Below are positions 13,320 to 27,092 of a DNA stretch of 64,000 bases, piece by piece. The notes beneath the pieces are model-generated. The model did not search any database and was not told where the DNA came from. It saw only the letters and a program-made list of their open reading frames with translations. Each line of letters opens with the position of its first letter. Position 1 is the stretch's first letter. The stretch comes from Ruditapes philippinarum (Eukaryota), in assembly GCF_026571515.1 (NCBI RefSeq), contig NW_026862559.1, forward strand, positions 1 to 64,000, given 5' to 3'. Position numbers and translations under genes: made by a program.

Positions 13320-15025
13320 CACTTTGATGACAAATGATACAATATCTCACAATCAACAATGGCACGCACTGAAACATAAAACGTTCTGCTATCAAATGTA
13401 GCCAGGACGAATACATGTATAATGTTTTGTTTTGAAAGTGTTTCATAATTTCTGATAAATGTCTTAACTTTACACAGAAATGTGTAAGCTACAAAGACCT
13501 GTTCTATTTTCTCCAACAACTATAATATATCAAAGTCGACTTTGTTTGTTTGGTTGCTTTCACGGCACACCAACACAGTTTTAGTGAATAACGTTTGACA
13601 AATGAAGCTTAATGTATGTTCATGAAGTATAAGACAGGATAAAACGATGCTGTAAAACAATGAAAAATGTACACTTATGTGGTTAATTTGTTAAGAAATG
13701 GTATGAAATTGTGTCGATGATATCACAATGAATGATTCGGTGAGGTCAGGGAAAGCATCATAACATAATGTAAACATTTTTTATAGCAATTTAATATACA
13801 CTTTATTAATCATGGTACATACAAATTAACATATAATTCATTTTTGCCAGACCTCTTGTAAATTGATCGTTTTGGGTCTATATTTCTGTATAAAACATCT
13901 GACCCCAACTCCAACATACATGTAAACATCCACAACTTCCTACAAGCAGCTGCTACAAATACATATAGTTTTGCGCTGCACATTGAACGAATATGTTAAA
14001 AATGTTCTTATGCTCCATGAACATTCTTAATCAAATATTATTAATAGGACGTCTTTGCTTATTACATTTCGAATGGAGGCAACAGTGCCATAAAAGAACA
14101 GCTCGATTATAAAAGAACAATCTTGTTCTTCGTAGTTCAAAGCCCTTTCGTGCTAAAGTAACATCAAGACGTACCTAACACTATCATTGACAAACACTGA
14201 CCAACTGCTTTTGACTCGTCAGAGAACTTTACAATACATTCTTTATTAATCCAACATTGTAAACATTCTTGTTCGAACCCATATGAACCCATATAGGACC
14301 AAATAGAGAAAATACACCAAGAACATGCGACACTCCAAGGTGCAAAACCTGCATTGCCATGAATTTACCGAGTACTGATTAATTTAACAACACTAGATAA
14401 TTTTAACGACATTTGACAAAGTTCTAAAACGTTCTCGGTCATTATATTAATAATTTCACAACCAGAAAGTGTTTATGGAAATTATTTTGCTATATTTCTT
14501 CAAACCTAATATCTAAGTCATAAACATGATTATCGCTCAATTTCTGAACGTACAAATTTTAAACTTAATCTGTTTGACCTCGAGCTGTAAGATATTGTTA
14601 AAAATATAGCACTAACAATTTGTAACGGTCTATGCACATTATTGTAACCTTTCCAGCGCATGTGCTTTTTTGTTGTTTTTTATATACAAAACAATTCGCT
14701 CAAGGCAATTTTCTGTTTCACTGTGTTTCTGTTTCACTGTGTGTATACTAAACTATAAATTATACATGAACAGTACCCATTTTTTGCCGTCAATTCATCG
14801 TTATTTCTTAAAATGACGTAACAGGTCATATTGATTAAATTACAACCTTATTAGTACATTTATTTTAAATTTAAAACGGCAATTACTTCGTTTTTAATGT
14901 AATTGCGATGCTTATGTACTTCTCTCGTATCTCTACGACAAAAATCGTTTTGTTTCATGCTCTCTGAAATGAAGACGCAAGTGTGATCATGGGACTCATA
15001 AACCCATATGAATAATAATAAAAAA

Positions 15026-17845
15026 CAACTCAACCCATTACGTGAAAAGATATCTACTACGAATACTCGCAACTGCACCTATACTGTATACTTAACTCTC
15101 AAAGATATTTCATCAAAAATAAGTGAGGGATTCTTGTCAATAATAATATCTTGGTCTTGTCGAAACGAAACACAAGATCAACATATTACTTTTACAGTCA
15201 CACGAAATAAAAGTTTGTTTACACATTTGATATCAATCCAGGTACAATCAAGATATAAAGCAAAAAGAATGAGTGTGTATAAGTAAGATACAGTACCTAA
15301 CTTGTATAAAGTTGACCTTGTCAATATGAAAACACAAAGTAAACTTATGGAATTTATATCACTTAAGTGTATCTTTAATACATATATATTTTATCAATTG
15401 TACCTGTTATACATATCAAGAAACATACACATATCAAGAAACATACACATATCAAGAAACATATCAAGAAACATACACAATATCTGTATACTAACTATAA
15501 ATAACTATAAATCTAACTATTTAAATCTGCTTACGAAATATATATAATTTCCCTCCTAATCTGAAAAGCACTAGCTACAAAATGTACAAGGTTACGAGTT
15601 AATTTTTCTTTATCTGTATTTAACAATTCCAATAATTTTTGCATATTCGGACGTCTCCAATAAAAGGACGGGATAAAACGTTGTCTCAATTCAGCGTATA
15701 CATTACATTCTAATATAAAATGAAATTCATCTTCTAAAATACCATATGCATAACAGATTCTTTCATTTATATGTGTACTATTTGGTTTCGTCCATCTACC
15801 AGTTTCAATATGTAATCTATGTGAGGACACCCTCAGACGTGCTAGTTCGCAATAATATTTTTTCACACCTAAAATACTTTTGCAAAATTGCATATGCACT
15901 CTTTCTATAGTGTTACCTATAACAAAACCCCAAACTTCGCTACCATAATTCAAAATAGGACTAAAAGGTAATCATTACCTTAGTTTTAGTAGGGTTTACA
16001 CTGAGTTTCCACCTATCGCAGTAGGCCGAAATAATATTTAGACTTGTTTGTAACTCATCTTTGGTATTAGCAAACACTACAATATCATCAGCATATAAAA
16101 TTAAAAATATTTTAAACATATTAATATCTATTCCAGGTACACCACTATTGATAAAACTGTGTTCTAAATCATTTAAAAACATGGAAAAAAGAAACGGAGA
16201 TAAACACTCTCCCTGACGAACGCCTAGTGAACATACATACTCATCACTTAGTTCATTACACAACTTTACTGTTGTTTCTTGAACGTATGATATTTAAAAT
16301 GTGACCACGTATGCCAAGCTTAATCATCTTAAACCACAGGTTATCTCTAACAATGTAATCAAAAGCTTTAGTAAAATCGATAAACGCACAGTAAAGTTGT
16401 CTCCCATTATTCATCATGTGACTTATTAAACCATGTAGCACAAAAATATTATCTACAGTACCCATATGCGATCTAAAACCTGCTTGGGCCTCTATATAAA
16501 CACTGTATTCTTCTGCCCAGTTTGACGGTCTATTATTTAATATTCGGGTAAACAATTTTCCAAGAACGTTTAACAAAGTGATACCTCTGAAATTATTGAC
16601 ATCATTTAAACTACCTTTTTGTGTAAAGGAATAAATAAACCTTCTGACCAATTTTCAGGAAAATATCCAGTCTGAAAAATTTTGTTAAATAATATAAGTT
16701 ATGAAGGCATTAGCATTTGTCTACCATGTATAAAAATTCATTTAAAAAAGGCATCTGGGCCACCACTTTTACCAGATTTTAGCTGTTTAATAGCTTTTGT
16801 TATCTCTAACTCACTTATTTGTACATTTAATTCATCAAACAAAACGTTAAATTCCTCTCTTTCATATCTTTCATTAAAATATATAACATCTTCATCTGGT
16901 GTATAAAATAGATCGGCTGGGTTATTCACAGACTTAAATATTGAGCAAAAGTGTCTAATTGTACATTTGACTGCTTAACACCAGCAGTCCCTTTTAACAT
17001 ACTCCAATAGAGTTTTGCATTATTAAATCTAGCTTGTGTAAGTTTCAAAGACTCAGCTTTGTCAAAGTCATATCTACATTTCCTAATACATGTTTTATAT
17101 TGTGACCTGGCATTAACTAAACTAATCTTATTTTCTTCGCTTTTATTTAATCTATATCTATTTAACATTCTATTAAAAATAATTCTCTTTTCATGACAAT
17201 CTTCAGTGAACCAAGGCTGATCCGAATATACTACATTATCTTTATTATTAACACCGATATTTCTCTTAAACAAAGGGAAGCAACTTCGTCCAAGATATTT
17301 GAAAAACTGTCTACACATTCATTTATATCATGCATATCCACAGCAGAATTTATTTGCACGTTTAAACAATTAAATTTCTGTCTAGATCTTTCTGACAACA
17401 ATTCATCTGTATAAACTGATTTTAAATTACCTGACCATATATATTTATAACTAACATGATCATGGCTATCGCTTATATCTACATTGATAGGATTATCAAA
17501 TTCAAGTACAAAATTGATTAAACAGTGGTCCGATAAAATATTTGGTTCTGAAACATCAAAACGTTTAACAGATTTTAAAAGATTTTGCGTACCAATAACA
17601 TAATCAACTAAACTTGAGCCTCTATGGCCAACAAAAGTATATCGCCCCATTCCCTTATCACTGCCGACACGACCATTAAAAATGCGCAGACCTGTCTGTT
17701 TACAAAAGTCAAGTAACAAAATACCATTATTATTCGTGTGGCCTTTATCTTGTGAATGGCGTTCCATAACGGTATCAATCACATAATCATCTGGCAACAT
17801 AGTCATGTATTTAAAATTATCGCCTGTTACATAATCTGGATTAGT
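15026..17845 (-). mobile_element. CR1/L2-group LINE, degenerate ORF2 (endonuclease - RT - C-terminal domain)
   Basis: EN motifs (NNNGILLLDFC, YTFVGHRGSSLVDY, SDHC); RT motifs (NFRGITLL, QAGFR, FIDFTKAFD, GVRQGECLSPFLF, LYADD); C-terminal RVSSHRLHIETGRW...EDEFHFILEC. Multiple frameshifts and deletions. Confidence 0.9.
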
Positions 17846-18434
17846 TATTTGTTATTGTTTACAAACGCTCAATTGTTATAATCATTTTAAATATTATAGT
17901 TATATTATTTGTAAAAAAAAAAGAAATAAATAAAATCCACAAGAAATTACAAATGTAATTTGTTAACACATGCGATGTTTGATTCAGATCATAATATAGA
18001 TAATTGATAAAGGTAACGGTACATTCCGAACAATATTTATAGAAATGTCCGTTGATCATGTGCATTATTGTTTAGTTTTGCATAGTAAAATATAAAATTG
18101 GAAACAATTATGGAAAAAAAACGTAAGTATTTTTGGACCTATCATTTACACTTGAATAGGCCTGTCATTTTAAATAAAGGCATACCCTGAATATTTCATG
18201 TCAAGAGATACAACTACACTAAACGAAACTTATAAGTACTCCGACCAATTTTTTTATTATATTGTGTTAGAATTACTATAGCTAGTCTAAGTCGATACTG
18301 TATAAACTTTAATCATTAGTATCATCATTTTATAATAGTAAATGCATTTTACAATTACTCAAACTTATCAGAAAATCAGTAACTGAGATCACCATTGTAA
18401 AAAAATCCAATGCCTTCAAGTTTAGTCAATTTAG

Positions 18435-19552
18435 TCAATACCTCGTATGTCCTCCGTTTGCTCTGATTACAGCTAGGCATCGTGCGCGCATAGACATTAT
18501 GTAATTTCGGAAATAACCAACCGGAATGTTCGCCCACTCTTGAACAAGTCTGTTTTGTAGCTCCTGTTGGGTAGTGGATGCATTTTGACCTCTGTATACA
18601 CGCCGACCCAGCTCATCCCAAATGTTCTCTATAGGATTGAGATCGGGCGACTTTGAAGGCCATGGAAGAACGTTTATTCTCTGTTGTTGTAAGAGTGTTC
18701 GTGTGGTCTGTGCAGTATGACACGTAGCACCGTCATGCATGAGAATCATTCCCCTATTCTGTTGAATCATGGGAATTGCAACGGGGCGCAGAATTTCAAC
18801 CTGATAACGGACTGCATTTAAATTTCCACGAACTACAACGAGTGGCGTTTTCTGGCGCAATGAAATGCCAGCCAATATCATCACAGACCCGCCACGGAAC
18901 TGATCCCGTTCTACCACGCACGGATCTGTGTATCTTTCTCAACGTCGGCGATAAACACGTCCCGGCCGTCGTTACTCTGAACATTAAAACGGGACTCGTC
19001 CGTAAACAAGACTTGCGCCCAGTCAGCACGCGTGAATCATAAATGTGCTCTTGCCCAACGTACACGTGCAAGTCGATGGTTTCTGCTAAGTACTATACCA
19101 CGGAATGGTCTTCTTGCACGTAGTCCTGCAGATCTGAGGCGATTTCGAACGGTATTGTCACTAATTGGTCGTCCTTGGGTGCCGACTGTCGCCCTTGATG
19201 TTTCGACCGATGTGCACCTCCGCTGACGGAGATGTGTTATCTTTCTTGAGTACGTGTTGTTGCTCTACCACGCGGCCGTCCCGGGAGATTGGCGATACTT
19301 CCGGTTCGTCTGTAATTAACTAGGAGCTTAGTACTGCTTCTCTTCTGTACATGCATTGCACGGGCTACCTAGATAAACTAAACGATATCAATGTCAAGAA
19401 ATTTGATACACAACAAACCAGCAAAAGTATATTTTGAAAAAGCGCAATAAATAAACAAAATTGCGTGTTTAAAATTCCTACCTCTGCATGCGATGCGCCG
19501 CCCTGTAATAGCCAAATGGCAATTCCTCTTTGTTGCAGGACATTCGGGCCAT
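18435..19552 (-). pseudogene. Tc1 transposase, frameshifted
   Basis: GGSVM..AGIS and MHDGATCH...WPSKSPDLNPIENIW, with 34 residues between D and E. C-terminus ANGGHTRY. N-terminal HTH fragments (QQRGIAI.LLQGG; TVRNRLRSAGLRARRP) lie in other frames. Confidence 0.88.
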
Positions 19553-19972
19553 TTTGTGTTTTTATGTTAGGCACATCAATAAACTACTGTATAAGTACTT
19601 ATTTTGGCGGGGGTTTATATTTGGCTATATTGGCGGTCAGGGTCAGTAGCGCCAATTCAAAACACCGCCAATTTAAAGCACCGCCATTTTAGATCATCGC
19701 CATTATTCTTTGAAAGGTAGATAACTCATGGTAAAATAGCTTTGGTTTGTCCGAGTAATCTCCCTTGATTATTTGTAATAAAAAAAACATTACAAGTAAG
19801 CTGAAAAGAATTTGTTTATTTTTAAGTCTTGGTACGAAATTCATTTAATTATATATCTATATACTGTATTTATTACGAAGATGATCACACGACGAGAAAC
19901 AAATCTAAATGTCATATAAAAATCAGATATGGAATCATGTTACACTTTGTACATTTAATTACTTAACGAAAT

Positions 19973-20480
19973 TTATAGTCCTGCCTTAGAGAAAGACTCG
20001 GCAATGATGTCGGGCTTTGTGGCTAGTTTAGAAACAGCCTTGACCAGCCATTGTGCATGCAATGGTTTCACAACAGAAGTCCGCAGGTCAATTTTTATAT
20101 CTGACAAATCCGTCCCAGCAGCTAACCGTTTTTGAATTTCATCACCGTAAAATGATTGAAACTCTGCCTTAAGATAAGACTTAAATAAATTGTTAGGAAT
20201 GAGATCCAATGGCTGGAGGCGATCCGTACAAGCACCAGGTACAAACACAGCTTTGATTCCATTCCTGTCTAAAAGGTCTAACAGGCTTTGACCCCTATGC
20301 GCCTTGTATACGTCAAATATACACAGAGCACGTTGACGTAATGGTAAGTCATCTTCCTCCCGAACATGATCGATGTAAGGAACAATTACATTCTCAACAT
20401 ATCTTAACATGGTTTCTTCCGTAGACCGTAGACCAGTGAGATGGAGAATGAAATATATCCCATCCCTCCGGGAACGTGTA
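19973..20480 (-). pseudogene. pogo-family transposase C-terminal (DDE_1) fragment
   Basis: LCIFDVYKAH...VPGACTDRLQPLDL..N...K motifs typical of pogo/Tigger DDD transposases. Confidence 0.85.
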
Positions 20481-20961
20481 CTAGTATTAACTATGATTTT
20501 ATGTTATATTTAACTTCTTGCTTGTGGCCTAACTTACAAGTTGAAAAAATACAGCTAAATAAATGATACATGGTTTAGCGGCGCCTATATATACCTATAA
20601 ATAGCAAAATATTTGTGATATCAGCTCAACAAATTGCTCGTGCTAATGTTATTCCTATTCATTTGAGAAACATCTCTCTAATCACGATACAAATAATAAC
20701 AAAAATAGTTCATGTTTTTATTAAAATCGTTCAGAATTAGCACGATGTAAAGATAAAGGTGACCAAGCATAGGTATACCGTATGCCGTAAAATAAACGAG
20801 GACAGTCAACTACTGCGTGACCGGTGTTATTTTATTTATTTTTTTTATTCTTTATTTGTAATCGCCAATTCATGACCCCATATTTATGCCAACAAGTGTT
20901 TTAATTTGGCGGTCTAAAAGCGTTTGCGCCAATTTATGACCCCGCCAATTCAAAACACTTT

Positions 20962-21956
20962 AAACAAGAGCTGTCAGAAGGACAGCGCGCTCGACTTTTT
21001 TAGTGCTTGCCTATAAAACAAAACTTTGACAGTTAAGGGCACACAAGACTTTAACTAGGAATTTCTAAGTACAAATCAAGAAACATTTTCACAGAGTTAT
21101 CTTCTCTTGCTTACAGATAGGTCTCATGATGGCACATAAGAACTCCAACTTCCAAAGTAATATCTCAAATGGTTAGGTCAACAAGTGGACAAGAATGAAA
21201 ATTTTAACTGAGTTTCTAAGTCAAAAAGGGCCATAATTCAAATAAAATCCTTAACAGAATTACCTTCTCCTGCCCATGTTTGGGACCATGATGGTAAACA
21301 AGTATTCCAACTTTCAATTTAATATCTCAACCAGTTCAGTCAAAAAGTTGACTGGTACAAAAAACTTAACCAAGATTCTAAGTCGATAAAAGGCCTCAAT
21401 TTTTAAAACAAATCCCTGACAGAGTTACCTTCTCTTGCGTACAGATGGGGGTAATGATGTGAAATAGCATTAAAAGTTTCAAAGCAATATCTCAAAGGGT
21501 TAAGGCAATAAGTGGATTTTACCCATATTCAATGTATTTTCTAAGTCAAAAAGGGGCATAATTCTGTCAAAAACCTTGACAGAGTTATGTCCTCTTGTCT
21601 GTTGATGAAGGTCGTGATGGTAAACAAGTATGGTCAGTTACAAAGCAATACCTCCAATGGTTTTGAAATAAAGTGAGGTGGTACAAAAAACTTAACCAAG
21701 CTCAATACACTTTCTAAGTCAAAAAAGGGCCATAATTCTGTCAAAAACCTTGACAGAGTTATGTACTCTTGTCTGTAGATGGAGGTTATGATGGTGAACA
21801 AGTATGGTAAGTTTCAAAGCCATACTTGTAATACTTCTGAAATAAAGTGGGGTGGTACGAAAAACTTAACCAAGGTGTGACGCCAACGCCGACGCCGACG
21901 CCGACGCCGGGGCGAGTAGGATAGCTCCCCTTTTCATAGAAAAGTCGAGCTAAAAA
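20962..21956 (-). mobile_element. Complete HINE/DINE-1-like element nested in the pogo element
   Basis: Terminal hairpin gctgtcagaaggacagc, subterminal inverted repeats ctcgactttt/aaaagtcgag, (GACGCC)n microsatellite, several ~170-bp internal tandem repeats, and insertion into an A/T run. Confidence 0.85.
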
Positions 21957-23165
21957 CGCCAACATTTGACACCGCAGATATAATGCGCTATACAGTAACA
22001 ATTTGCATCAAAATACACAATATGGGCATCTTGCACGAAATGCACGTGCCCATTTTCGGGTTTTTGCATGTGACCGCCATATTGCGTTTCGGATGATTGA
22101 TTTTGTTTTAAAATCATTCATGCAGTCGGAAAGTAGAGTCAGTACACATTTTCAACATTGATTTGGTATATATTTTAAAAACCGGAGTTTTCCTGCAAGT
22201 TTGAAATCGGAGTACTTATAAGTTTCGTTAAGTGTATATATATAATTTCAAAAAGAAGGAACAAGGTTTCAAATAAATAAATGTTCTACGTATTGACAAA
22301 AAGTTATGAGAAAAGACCACATGTTTGTTACCTGACCAATCAACGCAAGTTGTTCTATTTTCTTTTGATGATTGTTTAATATAATAAGATGACAGATCGT
22401 GTGGGAACTGGACACGAGTAATCAACATAAAGATAAATTTATATGGGAAAGACAGATGTGTGAAAATCTGTATAATTATAATCAAACACATATTGTGACT
22501 TGTGACCATATTTGCAAATACATGAACTCTTTGCTCTCTTTTAACCAATCATTAAAAATAAGTTAGTTTCAGATATTTATGATATTTGTGGTCAATAGCG
22601 ATCGGAATGTAAAAAATACTAAACATGACGTTTCTGATTACAATCAATTGATTAAACGTAGAATTACAGTATTCTTTATTCATTATTGACTGTCAATCAA
22701 TCGCAATTTATAACTGGTATTTATTTAAAACAGTGATTCGAATTGTATTTATTACACAAACAAAACATATCATTTCATATTATAGCACATTGCCAGTGTA
22801 ATTAAGTTTAATATAAGAGACCTGTAACCAATATAACATGAACAGATATAACAGGAAACAGAAATATCACAACTCTTACACATGTATTTTTCTTTTATAT
22901 ATTAACGGAAATACAATTTAATTCAATCCGATTTTTTTAATGGACTGTAACATGTCGGACATCACTTCCGCAAACCTACCGAGAAAATAAGTGGACCATT
23001 TGTTACTCGTTTTTGGGATTGCAATGCAATACAAAGAAAACACGGTGTCTGTCCATTTTGTTTTAGTTACAATTGCATATTTCTTCCATACTTTCATTTT
23101 ACTTAGTGATGATTTTCAACTTTTAAGACCTTCGTGTAGCTTCTTGTATTTCTCATGCATAACCT

Positions 23166-23609
23166 TTTTAGCTCACCTGTCACAAAGTGACATTATATAT
23201 ACATTATAAGTATATAGTAAAAACTTAAAAAATCTTCTTTATAAACCCAAAACAATTAACGCTTAGATATAAGGCATAAAACATCTTCTTGTGAGTGTCA
23301 ACCAAGTTTGTTCAAATAAAAGCCCTTTAGGGAACTGATTTTCCTTATATGTCTATAGTAAAAACTAAAAAAATCTTCTTTTAAATAAGTCATAGACCTA
23401 TAGCTTAGATTATAAGCATGAAACATCTTCTAGTGAGTTTCTACCAAATTTGTTCAAATAAAAGCCCCTGGGGTAAAATTAACCCCGCCCCAAGGGCCTA
23501 TGTGCAGGTGAGCGATTTCAGGGCCACCATATATAATATATATATATATATCTCGATATATGGAACAGAAATAAACAAGAGGGCCATGGTGGCCCTGAAA
23601 TCGCTCACC
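23166..23609 (+). mobile_element. Short HINE-like element with a rearranged (inverted) 3' end
   Basis: tttagctcacctgtcacaaagtgaca start, ggtgagcg subTIR partner, and the terminal gggccaccatggccctcttgtt present in inverted orientation. Absent from copy A at ~5470. Confidence 0.75.
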
Positions 23610-26059
23610 TTATATATATATAACTAAAAGAAAAACAATTAATTTGGCATCATTTTCCTACTTTAAATTGCTGCATTTCAATAACAAATATCTGTCTAAT
23701 GAGAAATATCGGGATATTTAAGTAGCATTCTTCCAAACAAAACCTAAAAGTTTATATCAGGCTGAATCACATTTTTAACGTGTTGCATTATTCAAATCGT
23801 TTCGTCCGTTCATTGCTTTTCTTCTTTGTAGGGGGATACAAAATAAAAAGATACAAAAGATTCTTTTGTGTATGATTACCTCCTTGCATATCTATAATAC
23901 ATTGGCTAAGATATAAATGTTTAACAAGAAGAAAAAATAACACATTACTTTCTTCATTGGAATATAATAATTATGTTTATTAAGAAGTACACAATTATAA
24001 GTGTTCAAACAGCCTTTTAAATTTTCAGAGGTATGTCGAACTTTACTATTCAGTAAAAGTTAGTTTGATACTTGCCTCAAAATTGTGATTTCTCGACATC
24101 TATTTTAAATTCAAGTAGTCTTTCCTTTTAATGAGAAATTTACGCAACATTTAAATTAAAACTATATGACAAAAACCAGCGTCAAGGAGCCCAGGAGGAC
24201 CCAATTAACTATTGCAACAAAATATCTAAATATGTACATGAATTAACATTTATTGTGAATGTTTCCACAAAATAATCCTACTTTTTAAAACAACACATTC
24301 GGACAAAAGATTTAAGACTATCTTTGACTTTTAAGATTTTCCTCATTTTCATTTATTAATCATTTTAAGGGCAATTAACTTTTCATCAAGGACATAATTA
24401 AGATTTACAACCCTATTACAGTGATTGCATACTCTTGTCAGAAGGAACGGTTATTACTTCTAAATTGCATGACTTTGTATTTTCATAACGTACTCGTGAT
24501 GTTTGCGTCTCTTTTCCTCGTAAATTTAGCGGGTGTACCACAAATACGTAATATACGCTTGGCGCTAATTTGCAATAACTTAAAATAAATGATTTCATTG
24601 CATGAAAAATGAAACATTATGCCTCAGAAATCATTTTTTTATCAAAATCTGTTTACTTTTGGTACCTTGTTACAATTTCAATAAAATACTAATTTGCCAT
24701 AAAAATGATTTATCTTTGCTTCTTTTGCTCTGTTGACAATTTGGTATAATTATAGTGAATTAGTATTTTGTATGGAATTCAAAATACTACTTTGCTTACT
24801 TACATTTTGCTACCTTTGCAACACATAACTGCACAACATATATTTAACATTTCTAAATAATTAAATAAGTATATTGTGCCTTTAAGTATAAGATCATAAG
24901 TTTATTAAGCATTAAGTTTGTAGACTCAATCAAACCGACTCTAGATTTCCATGTTATTTTGTTGAATTTAATGCTTCGCAGGAATCATATTTAGCAGAAA
25001 TTTGTGTAAATTATTTAAACATAAGAAAAATATTCACTCTAAATAAATGTTATTGTCTTCGCGTAAATACACTATAAATAACAGGGTAATAGATACGCCG
25101 TGTTCTTCTATAATTGATACCTTAAATGAGTATTTCAATAGAATGTACAAAACATTTCCTTTATAGTAACTTCACTCAATAATATATCAATTCCGCGACA
25201 CAAACTATATTTGAGTATGTCATAATCTTATAGTAATATCTGCGCAAACCGGTGTTTGGGTGCACTACCCGGTATCAGCGAGTGTTTTACTAAATATTCA
25301 TCAGATACAGAATATGAGAATTTTTTGTACAGTCTAACATTTATTTTTCTACTATATTTACAATATCATGTGGAGGACAGCTGGCAGTGTATCACCTTGA
25401 GCTATTGTGTAACAATCGGTGCTGGGTACCTAACAGGTTAATACTTTTCCATCTTGACGAAGCATTCGATAACATATATCTATAGGAAAAAACATTATGT
25501 ACCTAAATTCTTATTTTCTCGACTTTGGTTTGTTTGGTTTTACGGCGCACAAACACAGTATAGGGGATATAGTGCCGACACAGGAAAGCTGACTTTTGCA
25601 TATATCGGGTATTATAAATTCAAAGTTACATCAGGAGTCAAAACTACCTCACCTGCTTGAGCCAAAGATGCATAGACTTTCATTTGATTTTCTTTATTCT
25701 ATTTTCCAATTCTAAAAATATAATGTTTTACTATTTCATGTTTTGTTACATGAACCAATATAATTCGAATTAATATGTCCTCTCACTGAATTTATGACCG
25801 CGGGCTATAACATAGTGTAAAGAAAATAACAATGACCATTCGGTTCCGTGAATATCGCTCTTCTTTGTTAATCCTAAAGATCGATAAAATTTGTATCGAG
25901 TTTCTTGCAACTGTTTGAGAGTTAATATTTGATACTACAAGTATAAGTCGAACAGGATAACGTTTACATTATTCGGTCGTATAATTATGATATAATGGGT
26001 TGTGTAAGTAATTCAATTATTTACTACAATATATAGAAGAGTAAAAGTGAACATGAGAG

Positions 26060-26200
26060 TAGGGTCGATTTCCGACAGGGACTTTGGTTTGTTCCATGTG
26101 TGCAAGTAATCCAACTATCCAACATGTGCATGACATAATGCACTGAATGAACTGAGGGGGACTGGAGGTCTTCCTCCACTAGTGCAGCTGGAAAGTATTA
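26060..26200 (+). mobile_element. Meta-type SINE fragment
   Basis: gggactttgg...ttccatgtg...ataatgcac...gaggtcttcctccac..gctggaaagt resembles the Meta-SINE core seen in bivalves. Confidence 0.55.
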
Positions 26201-27092
26201 TGTACTTTCTCAGACCTTGACTGAACGATGAATCGTGTAAATTGCAAATTAGACTGTTATAAGAACTAAATGTACTTTTATTAACATTGATTATTTATTA
26301 TGACATCACCCAAACGATATGGTCCCATCAACGTCAAAATTAGGGGTTCCACTATTACGGCAAACGGAATCATCGGATTGTAATTCATGTATTGATTGAC
26401 ACGATCCCTTTTACTTGTTGGCAAATATATTTTTTAAAGTCTTCTGACACAAAACTTGACCTGTGTTTCCTTGACCTTGTTCCGTAGGTTATCAATATCT
26501 GACAATACATTGCCAACAAAATATTGCATTTTGTCGAAAATATAATTCGGTAAGTCTAGATTAGTTATTTATCAACATCTTCCGTAAAAAATATTACAAT
26601 TTAAGAGAAGTCACTGGTGCAACTGAAGTGAAATAAAACTATAGCCCACAATAAAACAGTGTCATTCCATGAAATGGGCGGGAACACGTTGTTGTTTACA
26701 AAATAAAATCGAACAAAGAAATGGTGAAAGTTTGAATGTCAAGTTCATTAAGTGAACATATTGCACGTAATTACCGATTTATAAGTGAATGTTATTTTAT
26801 GGGGCAAAATGACAAATTGTTTTTGTTTAACCATAATTGTAACATCCTGTCAGAAGACAATTTTACGGAATACACCCTTTAATATATTATATCATATATA
26901 GTATATGTGTACGTATGGACTTTTGTCTACGCGTACATGTAGGATCTAGGTCTGCACCATTTGACAAGGACGTTTAATCATAAATCTAACGAATCGAAGA
27001 AATTAATTTTAGCCTACTAAACGTTAAAAAACGAATATATCAAAAATAAAATAACAAATACAATATTTATTTCTAAGCTTTTATGTTTCTCC

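Larger units (their letters stand above)
19587..21995 (-). mobile_element. pogo-like (DDE_1) transposon, internally deleted, nested in Tc1
   Basis: TA-CTGTATA...TATACAG-TA termini with imperfect ~24-bp TIRs and subterminal CGCCAA motifs. Carries a transposase fragment. Confidence 0.8.
18217..22234 (-). mobile_element. Tc1 (DD34E) transposon carrying nested insertions
   Basis: ~28-bp TIRs CACTAAACGAAACTTATAAGTACTCCGA / TCGGAGTACTTATAAGTTTCGTTAAGTG, TA TSD, and an empty paralogous site at ~4819. Confidence 0.92.
14023..26056. repeat. Segmental duplication, copy B
   Basis: Same blocks as copy A, in the same order and orientation, but interrupted by different transposable elements. Confidence 0.85.
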
